Assembly: GCA_965248835.1 (NCBI GenBank)
Contig: CBDFLJ010000001.1
Coordinates: 192,001 to 256,000 of the forward strand
Reading direction: 5' to 3'
Source of the DNA: Alphaproteobacteria bacterium
Lineage (GTDB): Bacteria > Pseudomonadota > Alphaproteobacteria > MPNO01
Length of the DNA stretch: 64,000 nt
Both the position numbers and the translations under genes were made by a program. Below are positions 1-9,387 of the stretch, one piece after another. Each line of letters starts with the position of its first letter. Position 1 is the stretch's first letter. The notes beneath the pieces are model-generated. The model did no database searches, was not told the DNA's origin, and worked only from the letters and a program-made list of their open reading frames with translations.

Positions 1-91
1 GTGAACCCTTCAACAACCGCCTCCGTCAGTTCCTGATGCACTGGGACGCGCTGCAGACCGCATGCGCCCGCGCCAGCGTACGGCTTAGATA

Positions 92-355
92 TTATTGCTC
101 CTGAACCCGCCGACTAATCCCCGCTTCGCAGTGGGCTTCTGTCGAGCCCGGATTGAAGGGCACCGGATTTTCCGCCGGGACCACCGTGCGGTGATTCAGG
201 TCCTTCAAGTGACCGTCAATCAGGTCATAGCCGTGCACGCCGTTCACCAGGCGGAGCAGTTCGGCAATGACGGCAGCGCCGGCGATTGTGCCGACGAAAG
301 GCGCTCCGACCGCCCGCCCGGCGAGCTGCGTCAGCCCGCAGCGATCAGCGCCCAA
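92..355 (-). pseudogene. C-terminal remnant of a ThiF/E1-like (ubiquitin-activating-like) protein
   Basis: DRCGLTQLAGRAVGAPFVGTIAGAAVIAELLRL resembles the catalytic-Cys/C-terminal helix region of prokaryotic E1-like proteins; the 5' part is replaced by an IS remnant. Confidence 0.45.
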
Positions 356-357
356 TG

Positions 358-411
358 ATCAAAATCGCCACAATCCGTATCTGGTTGCGAGCTTATGAGG
401 CCACGGCCTAA
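358..411 (+). mobile_element. IS5-family right-end remnant
   Basis: Translates IKIATIRIWLRAYEATA*, like IS5 transposase C-termini, and ends in TATGAGGCCACGGCCTAA (IR-like). Confidence 0.45.
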
Positions 412-533
412 TCCGCCAAGGCTGCCCACCCCGGAGGATTACGAATCATATGCTCACAGCTGCGCCCCACTTTGAATCCGCGTGATTCCCAATAGATTCC
501 CAATCACAAACTCTTTGCCACACTCTAAACATG

Positions 534-568
534 AAAAACCCCTGAAAATATTGTATTTTCAGGGGCTT
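534..568 (-). terminator. Hairpin just 3' of the tRNA fragment
   Basis: CCCCTGAAAATA-TTG-TATTTTCAGGGG inverted repeat with flanking A-tract (U-tract on the minus strand). Confidence 0.6.
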
Positions 569-571
569 AAT

Positions 572-617
<46 letters not shown>

Positions 618-654
618 TTCTGATAATGCCGATCGACCTGAAAGTATCAGGCTT

Positions 655-1239
655 TCATTCACAGCCATTGTGCCTTCGCCACATCACTGGATCGTGCCCC
701 TGGGGCACATCGGCGCAAGGATCGGAGACATACCCCCGTAGCTCTTTGTATCGTGCAATTTGATTCTCGGTCAGCAGAGCCGGGGTGCTCAGATGCGTGG
801 CGAGATGAATATGTCGGAGCTTCGACCGGCTTTTCTCGATGCCCGCCAACATCGCGCGCAGATTTTGATTTGTGACTGTGCGGGACCGAAATGCCTCTTC
901 AAGTGCCTGCTCTCGGGCAATGAAGTGCTCACCCTCGGCGATGGCGTCCGCGCGCATACGCTCAAAGATCGCAGTGATCGCCGACACCTGGTCATTAGAC
1001 AGCGGAATCTCGTTCTTCAACTCGAGTAGATGGGCAGGGCCGGGCATGCCGTTCAGCTCCGCCACCTTGGCAAGACCCCAGCCACCACCTTGCCTGAGCT
1101 CAGCGATGTCTTCATGCGAGAGGCTCTTGATGGGTCGTGCCTCCTGGCCGGCATAAGGCGATGACGGAGTGTTGCCACCTTGAGCAACCACCACGCCGGA
1201 AAAGGACAGGAATAGAGAGACGAGCATGAGGCGCTTCAT
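655..1239 (-). CDS. Secreted Spy/CpxP-like helical periplasmic protein
   Basis: Signal peptide, SPYAGQE..IKSLS, AELNG.PGP.H.LEL and LT..Q motifs; RBS GGAG. Confidence 0.65.
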   Translation of the reverse strand: MKRLMLVSLFLSFSGVVVAQGGNTPSSPYAGQEARPIKSLSHEDIAELRQGGGWGLAKVAELNGMPGPAHLLELKNEIPLSNDQVSAITAIFERMRADAIAEGEHFIAREQALEEAFRSRTVTNQNLRAMLAGIEKSRSKLRHIHLATHLSTPALLTENQIARYKELRGYVSDPCADVPQGHDPVMWRRHNGCE

Positions 1240-1552
1240 CTGACAGCTCCTGGTTCGTGAATGTATGCCTGCGCGCCCCGGTCAACCAGTACCGGGTCCG
1301 TGAAGTCCGACCCCTGAGGCTCCCTGTTCTCGGTTGATTTCCAGAGGAACACGTTATGACTCTATGCCATTTTTGCGCACATGTGCCGGTTGGAACGTTC
1401 GCACGGGCAATGGCTTCTTGTTGTCCCTCCCGGAACTATTCGACAGGGACGCGCTCCGAAGCGCGTTAGCAATTGCCAACTCGCTTGCGGTACGCTTACC
1501 GCAGCAACCATCAACGGGAAAATGTCAGAAAAACAGATTTTATAACAATGAG

Positions 1553-1779
1553 TTACGTGTAAGTGAAAAACTCTATAACGTTTGTGTCGACAGCGATCAC
1601 TGCGTGCCCGGATCGCCATAGATCAACGCCCGCAGTTCGCGCCGGGAATACCGCTCAAGCGGGTCGTTCCCATCCGGATTGCCCATTCTGAGATCGGGAA
1701 GGACGTATCCGCGTCGGAACCCGTCCTCGACCACCGTGCGCAGGGGCCGCCCGGTCTCTCTGGCATGGCGTTTGGCGTG
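1553..1779 (-). pseudogene. vapBC-like toxin-antitoxin remnant
   Basis: A frame missing from the ORF track reads HAKRHARETGRPLRTVVEDGFRR...LIYGDPGTQ* (stop 1599-1597), overlapped (GTGA) by MIAVDTNV (PIN N-terminal motif), which stops after 15 codons. Confidence 0.6.
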
Positions 1780-1917
1780 AGCGCCTCCAGTTCCGATGAC
1801 CGGCGGTCGAGGTGCTTCAGGAGGGTGTCGAGCACCTGCATGCGCTTGCCGAACGTCTCGAGATGCCCGGCGATCCCTTCCTCCTCGCTCTTCAGCTCCG
1901 CCGCCACGGCACGAAGG

Positions 1918-3179
1918 TCACGCTGCCCGTCCTTGTGGGGCTTGAACGCATGCGTTCAAGGGCAAGGCGCGAAGCGGCTTGTCCATCATATCCACGGGCG
2001 GGCCGTCTCGGTATGCCTCGGCCGGGGTTCTTCCGCCCAGCGCCGCGTGGGGCCTCTCGGCGTTGTAAAAGCGGACCCAATCGCGGATCAGGTGCCGGGC
2101 CGTGAGGCCGTCGGCGATCTCGTGCAGGTAGATCGCCTCGTATTTGAGCGAGCGCCACAGCCGTTCGATGAAGATGTTATCCATGAACCGGCCCCTGCCA
2201 TCCATCGAGATGCGCACGCCGGCCTCCTGCAGGCGGCCGGTGAAGGCGAAGCTGGTGAACTGGCTCCCCTGGTCGGTGTTGAAGATCTCCGGCGCCCCAT
2301 ATCGGGCCAGAGCCTCTTCGAGCGCCTCTGTACAGAAGCCCGCGTCCAGCGTGTTCGACAGCCGCCAGGCCAGCACATAGCGGCTCGCCCAGTCCATGAT
2401 CGCCACCAGGTAGAGGAAGCCACGCTGCACCGGGATGTAAGTGATGTCGGCGCACCAGACGTGGTTCGGCCGCTCGATCGCCAGGCCCCGCAGCAGATAC
2501 GGGTAAACCCGGTGCTCGGGGTGCGGCGCGCTGGTCCGCGGCGCCCGCCAGATCGCCTGAAGCCCCATCAGGCGCATCAGCCGTGCGGCCCGCCGGCGCC
2601 CGATACGCACGCCCTCGCGGCGCAGGTGAAGCACCATCCGGCGGGCGCCGTAAAACGGGTACTTCAGGAACAGCTCGTCGATCCGCCGCATCAACGCCAG
2701 CGTCTCGACGCTCTCCCCCTTCGGCTCGTAGTAGAGCGAGGAGCGCGCGATCGACAGCAGGCGGCATTGCCGGCTCAGGCTCAGCGCCGGGTGATCACGC
2801 ACCACCATCGCGCGCCGCTCCGTCCGGCTCATCGAACGGGCCCGCGCGACAAAAAATCCCGCTCCACGATCAGCTCGCCGATCTTGGCGTGAAGATCGCG
2901 CACCGCGCGCTCATGGTCCCGGGTCCGCCGCTCGGCGTCCTTCGAGAACACTTCAGCCAAGCCCTCGACCGCCTGGCGCTTCCATGCGCCGACCTGGTTC
3001 GGATGGACCTGGTACTGCGCAGCAATCTCCTGAAGCGTCCGCTCGCCCCGAAGCGCTTCCAGTGCCACCTTCGCCTTCAGCTCCCCCGAAAACCGGCGTC
3101 GCTTGCTGCTCATCTGCATTCCTCCGTCAGACGGGGGAATACACCTTATCGAACTGTCCGAATTTCCGGGGCCACCTCA
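1918..3179 (-). mobile_element. IS3-family element, right end missing
   Basis: orfA 2829-3119 (HTH) and orfB 1918-2832 (WCADITY, FNTDQGSQF, IERLWRSLKYE DDE motifs); left IR TGAGGTGGCCCCGGAAATTCGGACAG ends at 3179; no matching right IR found. Confidence 0.88.
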
Positions 3180-3391
3180 GTTCTTGGAAACCCTCAAATC
3201 CCGGGCGAGCTTCTTGATCGGAACGCCCTTCACCAGATGATCCCGACGGATCCGCGCAATCGTCTCCACAACCAGCATCTCCCCCCACCCCGTCCGTCCA
3301 ATGACGAGGTGTCTTCATGGACACAAACCAAGGGGGGTCAATTTTGGATGCCGATCACCCCCAATAGGGGGTCAATTTTCCACGCTTAACA
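3180..3391 (-). mobile_element. IS21-family left end with truncated istA
   Basis: End TGTTAAGCGTGGAAAATTGACCCCC with repeated AAAATTGACCCC; ATG at 3278 gives MLVVETIARIRRDHLVKGVPIKKLARDLRVSKN, cut by the IS3. Confidence 0.75.
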
Positions 3392-4017
3392 ACATCTCGG
3401 TCCGGATGGGCCGCAACGTCGCCTATCTCCACCAGTTCCTCAGCCGCGGTCAGCCCAGGGTGCTGGGCTACAAGGACAGCGAGATGCTCGCCGAGATGCT
3501 CGGCTGCGACGCGGACGAGCTCCGCCACGACACAGTGCCCAGGCGAAAGCAATCGAAGAGAAAGCGCCGCCCGGCCCCGGCCGAGCTTCCCGGCGTGCCG
3601 CTCTCGAGCGTGCCCGAGATGGAGGTCGAGGCCTCCGCGGGGCCGGGCGCGCTCGCCGACGAGTTCGTCATCGAGAAGGCGCGCTGGTTCCTGCCCGAGG
3701 GGATGATCCGCTACGAGGGCGATGCGAGCCCGGACGATCTCCGCATACTCAGGGCGCGGGGAGATTCGATGGAGCCCGAGATGCGCGAGGGCGACCGGCT
3801 CAAGGTCGACGTCGCCCGGCGGCTACCGGCTACCGGGGAGATGTTCGTCTTATGGGACGGCGCCGGTCTCGTCGTCAAGCGCATCGATCATGTGCGCGAC
3901 GCCGACCCGCCCCGGCTCCGGCTGAAATCCACGAATCCGGACTATGACGACTATACCTGCGATCCGAGGGAAGCCCACATCGTCGGAAAGGTGCTGTGGA
4001 CCGTCAAACGAGTCTGA
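3392..4017 (+). pseudogene. CI/LexA-like repressor (HTH + peptidase S24), N-terminus removed by IS21
   Basis: MGRNVAYLHQFL HTH remnant, ARGDSMEP Ser motif and VVKRI Lys motif; the reading frame starts at the IS21 end. Confidence 0.8.
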
Positions 4018-4248
4018 TCCAAGCAACCCCTAAGCAGTTCTGCCTGCCGGACCTTGTGCGTGGTTGTCCGCCGAGTTGGCAGAACGCATCGCCTGTGAAT
4101 GTCTCCGTAACCCTCTATCTGGCTCGGCGTTGGCCCAAACCCAAGCAGGCATCACCACCAGAATTCGGGATAAGCGTTGGTCATCTTGCCAATCTTGTAG
4201 TAATTTCCACCCAAGTTCAGCAATCTCGACCTTGGGGCGAGGCAGTCG

Positions 4249-4455
4249 ATGTTCGACGCAGACGTCATGACCGTGCGCGAGGTGGCTGAGTACCTGAAGG
4301 TCAAGGACCGCACGATCTATCGCTTGGTTGCCGCCGGAGACATCCCGGCATTCAAGGTCGGCGGGTCTTGGCGGTTCAGGAAGGGAGAAATCGACCAGTG
4401 GACCGAAGCACACGCAATCGGGCTGGATGACGCGGTGGATAGGGCGGAGCGCTAG
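4249..4455 (+). CDS. Excisionase-like HTH_17 DNA-binding protein
   Basis: MTVREVAEYLKV..RTIYRL....IPAFKVGGSWRF signature. Confidence 0.85.
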   Translation: MFDADVMTVREVAEYLKVKDRTIYRLVAAGDIPAFKVGGSWRFRKGEIDQWTEAHAIGLDDAVDRAER

Positions 4456-4839
4456 CAATAACAGTCCCAACGATTTTCGCGTCGGCAAGGAAAATGTCGA
4501 ATACCTCCACCCGGTACGTGTCAATTACGGTAACCGGACGTGCGCAGAACCTACCCTGTCGTCATCTGAGTCCACCGTTTCAACGACAATCGGACATCCC
4601 TTCGATCACCGCTACTGCCAGCAGGGCGGCGTCGGTGAGGCTCGCCTGGAGACATTTGACTCATAGGCATACGCATCACTGGCAGGCCAAGGCCAGATCG
4701 TGCTGCCCTCGACGGGTCGCCGGCGCCCGTAGTTTCATTGTGGAGGAGTTGGCTGGGGGGCGAATTTCGGAGACGAGTGGCCCGAAACCACCCAGCAGGG
4801 CAGAGCCATGGTGAATCCGCGAGTCGACGAGGTGCCCCG

Positions 4840-7800
4840 ATGAGTGTTCCGATCGACGAGATTAGCATCCACGTCAACCCCTTTGTGACGCGGCTAATCC
4901 GGCTCCAGCAAGACGGTAAGGAGGCAATCAGCGGCCCCGCGAACTGGCGTGAGCCGCCATTGCTCGACATCGCTACCGACTCCAACGATGCCATCGATAC
5001 GCTCCTAAAGGCGATGTGCCCATCGCCTGGGGACGCGCCTCATCGGGGTCGATGGCACTGGCTGATCGGTTCACCGGGAAACGGGAAGTCCGCCAAGCTC
5101 GGCCTGCTCGCTCGCCGCTTGCTAGAGCGCCGCTACGAGATTGTCTCCGAAGACGGCGTGGTGATCGGGGAAAGCGACGCGGACTGGCTACCGTACCTGC
5201 TCGAGGTCCGCGAAGAGGGAAAGCCCTACAGGTTTGCCTACCTCGTGCAGGATGCCTCCGTCGTCCGGAACCCCTTCGGTGCTGTCTGCAATCCTGCGGA
5301 AGATCTCGCGGCCGTTCTCAGGCTAGCTGCCGCGCGCGGTACGTCCCTTCTGGTGTGCACGAACTGGGGCGTACTACAGCGCCTCTTTGACCTGGGGCAC
5401 ACGGACCGAGGGGTGCGAGAGGAGCCCTGGTTTCGCGCCGTGAGCGGGGCAATTCAGAAGAGTGAGAGCGGCGTGACAGTCCGCGCGGGTGGCAGCACTT
5501 CCGGCGAGAAGACGGTCTTCGACGAGCTGGAGGTCACGTACGAATTCCTCGATAACCGTAGCCTGCTGGTCAACAGTGACGTCTTTGAACGCCTCTTCGA
5601 GAAGGCGACCGTTGAACAGAATTGGGATGCATGCTCCGGCTGCCCCTCCATGTCGTTGTGCCCCTTAAAGGCCAACCGAGACGATCTTGCGTCGGACGGT
5701 GTTCGCCGTAACGTCCTCGACATCCTGCGAAGAGCAGAGGTGCTGGACGGCCAGATCATCGTTTTCCGCGAGGCCGTGGCGCTCCTTTCCGTGCTACTGG
5801 CCGGATGCCCAGATGACCACGGGGGCGGTACGCCCTGCGAGTGGGTCCACGACCAGGTGCAAGGCAACAGGCTCTTCAACCTACTCGCTCGTCGAGTTCC
5901 TTCGATCCTGTTCGGGGCCACGAGATCACACGGCCTCGAAGGCCCTGAACGCCACAGCCCGGGTACGATAGCCAGTCGGCGTGACCAGATCTCCGCGCTG
6001 GAGGCAATCGATGGCTTACTCTGTGGCACGTCGCCCGTCCGTCAGGCACTCGCCGCCGTGACGCGGTCCGGAGAGCTGTCCACAGACGTCGGCGTCGAGC
6101 GGTTGCTGGGGCCGGATGGCGCGATTCCAGCTCTCGACCCGTCGATTGAGCCTCGACATGCCGTCGAACTGGACGAGTTCGTCGCGATCGCTACCTCTGC
6201 CCGATCCGCCGATGTGTCAGGAGACAAGTCTTCTTCCCCCGGGATGCGAGCGATCGAGGAACACTGTCTACGGGCTTGGGAGGAAATCTTCGACGCGATC
6301 GCCGCGAAAGGTGATCCAGTGACCGGTCAAGACCTTTACTTTTGGGCACGCCGCTGGCAGACGACTTGCCTCGCTTGGATCGCGGCTGTGACACGTGGCC
6401 TGACGGCGCTTCAGCCGGAGTTGGACAACTACCTTGCGTTCCTCAAGACACATGGAGAGTCGGCTGGGCGACTGGCCACGATAAAGAAGCTTGAGGACGT
6501 CTTAGAGCCCTTCCGGAAAGTTCTTGAATCGGAAGAATCGTTTGTGATTCTGTGCTGGGCATCCGGTTTACAGGAGGAAGCCCGATGTGGACTGCGGAAC
6601 ACCGCCGCGCGGCGGAGCGTCGCGGACTTCGCTATCCGAGTGATCTGACCGACGCCGAGTGGGCGCTGATCGCGCCAATGATCCCGCCTGCCAAGCGCGG
6701 CGGGCGCAAGCGCTCAGTCGACGTGCGCGAGGTTCTGAACGGCATCTTCACCGTGCTGTCCACGGGCTGCCAGTGGAATGCACTGCCCAAGGATCTGCCG
6801 CCGAAGTCGACGGTGTACGACTATTTCGATCTATGGGAGTGGGATGGCACGCTGGAGCGGATCCATCATGAACTCTACGTCGCGGTGCGCGATGAGGAAG
6901 GACGCGAAGCCAGCCCGTCGGCCGCGGTCATCGACAGCCAGAGCGCCAAGGCGGCGCAAAAAGGGGGGCGTCGATCGACGATCAAGGCTTCGATGCGGGC
7001 AAGAAGGTCACCGGTCGCAAGCGGCACATCATGGTCGACACGCTCGGCCTGATGCTGGGCATCGTGGTGCATTCCGGCGACGTTCAGGATCGCGACGGTG
7101 CCCACGAGCTCTTGCGCCGCACCCGGCGACGGTTCCCATTCATCGAGGTGATCTACGCCGACGGCGGCTATCAGGGACCGAAGATGGCCGCGACTGTCGC
7201 CAAGACCGGGGGGTGGCGGCTCGAGATCGTCAAGCGCAACGACGTGCCCCGCTTCGAGGTGCTGCCAAAGCGTTGGATTGTCGAACGCACCTTCGCCTGG
7301 ATCAGCCGCAACAGGCGCCTCGCTCGCGACTTCGAACGTCACGTTCGATCCGTCGTCGCCTTCATCCGACTCGCCATGATCCGCATCATGCTGCGCAGAC
7401 TCGCCGCAACCCACTCACCATAGATTCAAACTTTCCGGATCGGCTCTTAGAGAAGTTGCTCGCTCCTCGAGAACTCAACGGTGACAGTGACGTGCACGTC
7501 GAACTGGCGACGTCTCTCTGGCTAACGGGTCGATGGGCTGAGTTAGAGTTCAGACCCCGCCTCCAACACGACGGTGCCAGCGACAGTAACGCCTTGCTCG
7601 TCAAGATGAGCGAGTTCCATCCATTCGTCGTCACCGCAGAGACGTTTACATGGCTAAGTCGACAACACGAGCTGAATCTGAGCGACCTGTCGTTCAACCC
7701 GGACGTCTTGGAGTCGCTCCGCCGAACACAGGCCCAAGCGGCTGCCGCGAGCCAATATTCCGTACAAGATGATGACGTCGCAATAGTCATAGTCGACGAA

Positions 7801-7857
7801 CAGGGTACCGAGCACCGGTTCGAAAGAACGCGGGGATTCCTCCTCGAAGCGGAGTAG
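4840..7857 (+). pseudogene. P-loop NTPase with Cys motif, DptF/DndF-like (690 aa reconstructed), split by IS5
   Basis: ATG 4840 after GAGGTG; Walker A GSPGNGKS, YLVQDAS, TNWGVL, CSGCPSMSLCPLKAN; removing 6505-7449 joins ...LEDVL|EKLLAPR... in frame. Confidence 0.7.
6505..7446 (+). mobile_element. IS5-family (IS1031-like) element, 942 bp
   Basis: IRs GAGCCCTTCCGGAAAG / CTTTCCGGATCGGCTC; TTA duplication at 6502-6504 and 7447-7449; two-ORF transposase (YPSDLTDAEW; KRWIVERTFAW) with an A5G6 frameshift site near 6958. Confidence 0.92.
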
Positions 7858-7863
7858 CTGTAG

Positions 7864-9387
7864 ATGGGCAGGATCGAGAACGAGCCGGCGCTTCCAGAGT
7901 GCCTCGGTAGCAAGTCTTTGGTGTTCGCTCCGACGGCGGGGATGAGACTCGCACCGGAAGTGCTTGTGTTCGAGTTATTCCGCGAACTGGGCTACGGAGA
8001 CTCGCGAAACGCCGTCGAAACGAAAGCCCAAGAATTCTCGGACGTAGTCGATACTCCGTCCTTGTCCAAGGCAGAGCGACTTCTACTCGCGACCTGTCGG
8101 GGACGGCAGAAGAAGACGAGGGCGCGGAGAAGCGAGTTCTTCTACGCCCCACCGTACCTTGGGCTCTCTCGCCATGCCTGGCTCCGAAAGCGGACTGATA
8201 GGACCATGCGCGACTACTTCCTCGGTGGTCCTTTGGCCCACCAGGAAGCGCTTGGGAATTTCGACAAGGACCTCGTAGTTCGGGCGCTCGTGGGTCATCG
8301 CAGCGCACGTGTCGTGAAGGAGTCGCCGGGTAAGGAGATCCTGTCGTTGCTGGCTCTCGAGGAGCGTGCTGATCCGCTTCCAGACGCTGTCCTTGACTAC
8401 CTCACGAATGCGGTTTCTGACGCTCGTAGCGCGCCGCTGGCCTTCGGTCGGCACACCGATCTCTTGGCATCCATCCTGACCGAGGACTTTCTCGAACTCT
8501 GCTGCTTGGAAGCGAGGATCGCACGCCGTGAGTGGCTCTTTTTGCTAATCGCGTTCCTTAGGGTTGCAACAACTGTGTGGATGCTCGCCCACCTGCGTAT
8601 CACGATAATGGTGCGGGACTGGGTGCTCTCCGCTGCTCTGAAGCAAGCAGCACCAGCGGTAGACGAGATGCTCAGTGCGATCTGCAAGCGCCACGAAGGA
8701 GTGCTTCACCCGTCATCGTCGCCGACTCGCGAGGTGTTCGAGCACGTTGAGACGTACATGCGCGCCCGCGTGGAGCTCCGACTCCTGGTGCGGAAAATCA
8801 AGATGATGAACGCCGAATGCTTCACAGCCGCGACTGGAGAGGTCAAGACGCTGTCTCTTGATCGGCGGGGCGCGGGCTTCATTACGCTTGGCGATCTGCT
8901 AGTTCTCGCCCAGAACTCCGATTGGTCGACGGTCGTGGACGGGCAAACGCTGCGTCAGTGGCTCACTCGGGAGGCCGAGAAATACCCAGCATGGCGTTCG
9001 CCGCGAACGCGAGGTCAGGGCAAGAACATCGACGAGTTCATCCGGGTCCTCTATCGATCCGCAGACGACGATTCGGGCAGTGGCCTGCTCATCAGGTGTC
9101 CAGAAACGACTACGAAGATCGTTCCCGGCCATCGCCTGCTCCAGCTGTTTACGTTCCTCGCCGCGCGAGCCAAGTGCCGGTCACGGGGAAAGGAAGGAGG
9201 CAAGCTGGTACTGCGGGACATCGAGCAGCACCTCTATGACTACGGGATTGACTTCCGCTCCAGTTCCTTTGGACGTCCCCTGCTCATAGAGAAGCTGATG
9301 GAAGGAGGGTTTCTCGTGGGGAGCCCTGATGCCGGGGAGAGCGCGGAGGTGCTCGACACGGTTGGAGCGGCGAGGTCAGCCGCATGA
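7864..9387 (+). CDS. 507-aa hypothetical protein, positional DptG/DndG analogue
   Basis: Long ORF 6 nt after gene 1 with ATGA overlap to gene 3; C-terminal SPDAGES; no catalytic motif recognised. Confidence 0.6.
   Translation: MGRIENEPALPECLGSKSLVFAPTAGMRLAPEVLVFELFRELGYGDSRNAVETKAQEFSDVVDTPSLSKAERLLLATCRGRQKKTRARRSEFFYAPPYLGLSRHAWLRKRTDRTMRDYFLGGPLAHQEALGNFDKDLVVRALVGHRSARVVKESPGKEILSLLALEERADPLPDAVLDYLTNAVSDARSAPLAFGRHTDLLASILTEDFLELCCLEARIARREWLFLLIAFLRVATTVWMLAHLRITIMVRDWVLSAALKQAAPAVDEMLSAICKRHEGVLHPSSSPTREVFEHVETYMRARVELRLLVRKIKMMNAECFTAATGEVKTLSLDRRGAGFITLGDLLVLAQNSDWSTVVDGQTLRQWLTREAEKYPAWRSPRTRGQGKNIDEFIRVLYRSADDDSGSGLLIRCPETTTKIVPGHRLLQLFTFLAARAKCRSRGKEGGKLVLRDIEQHLYDYGIDFRSSSFGRPLLIEKLMEGGFLVGSPDAGESAEVLDTVGAARSAA

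Noticed and set aside
6778-7857. 359-aa stand-alone gene
   Set aside because: It is a chimera of an off-frame IS5 reading and the true C-terminal 135 aa of the interrupted gene.
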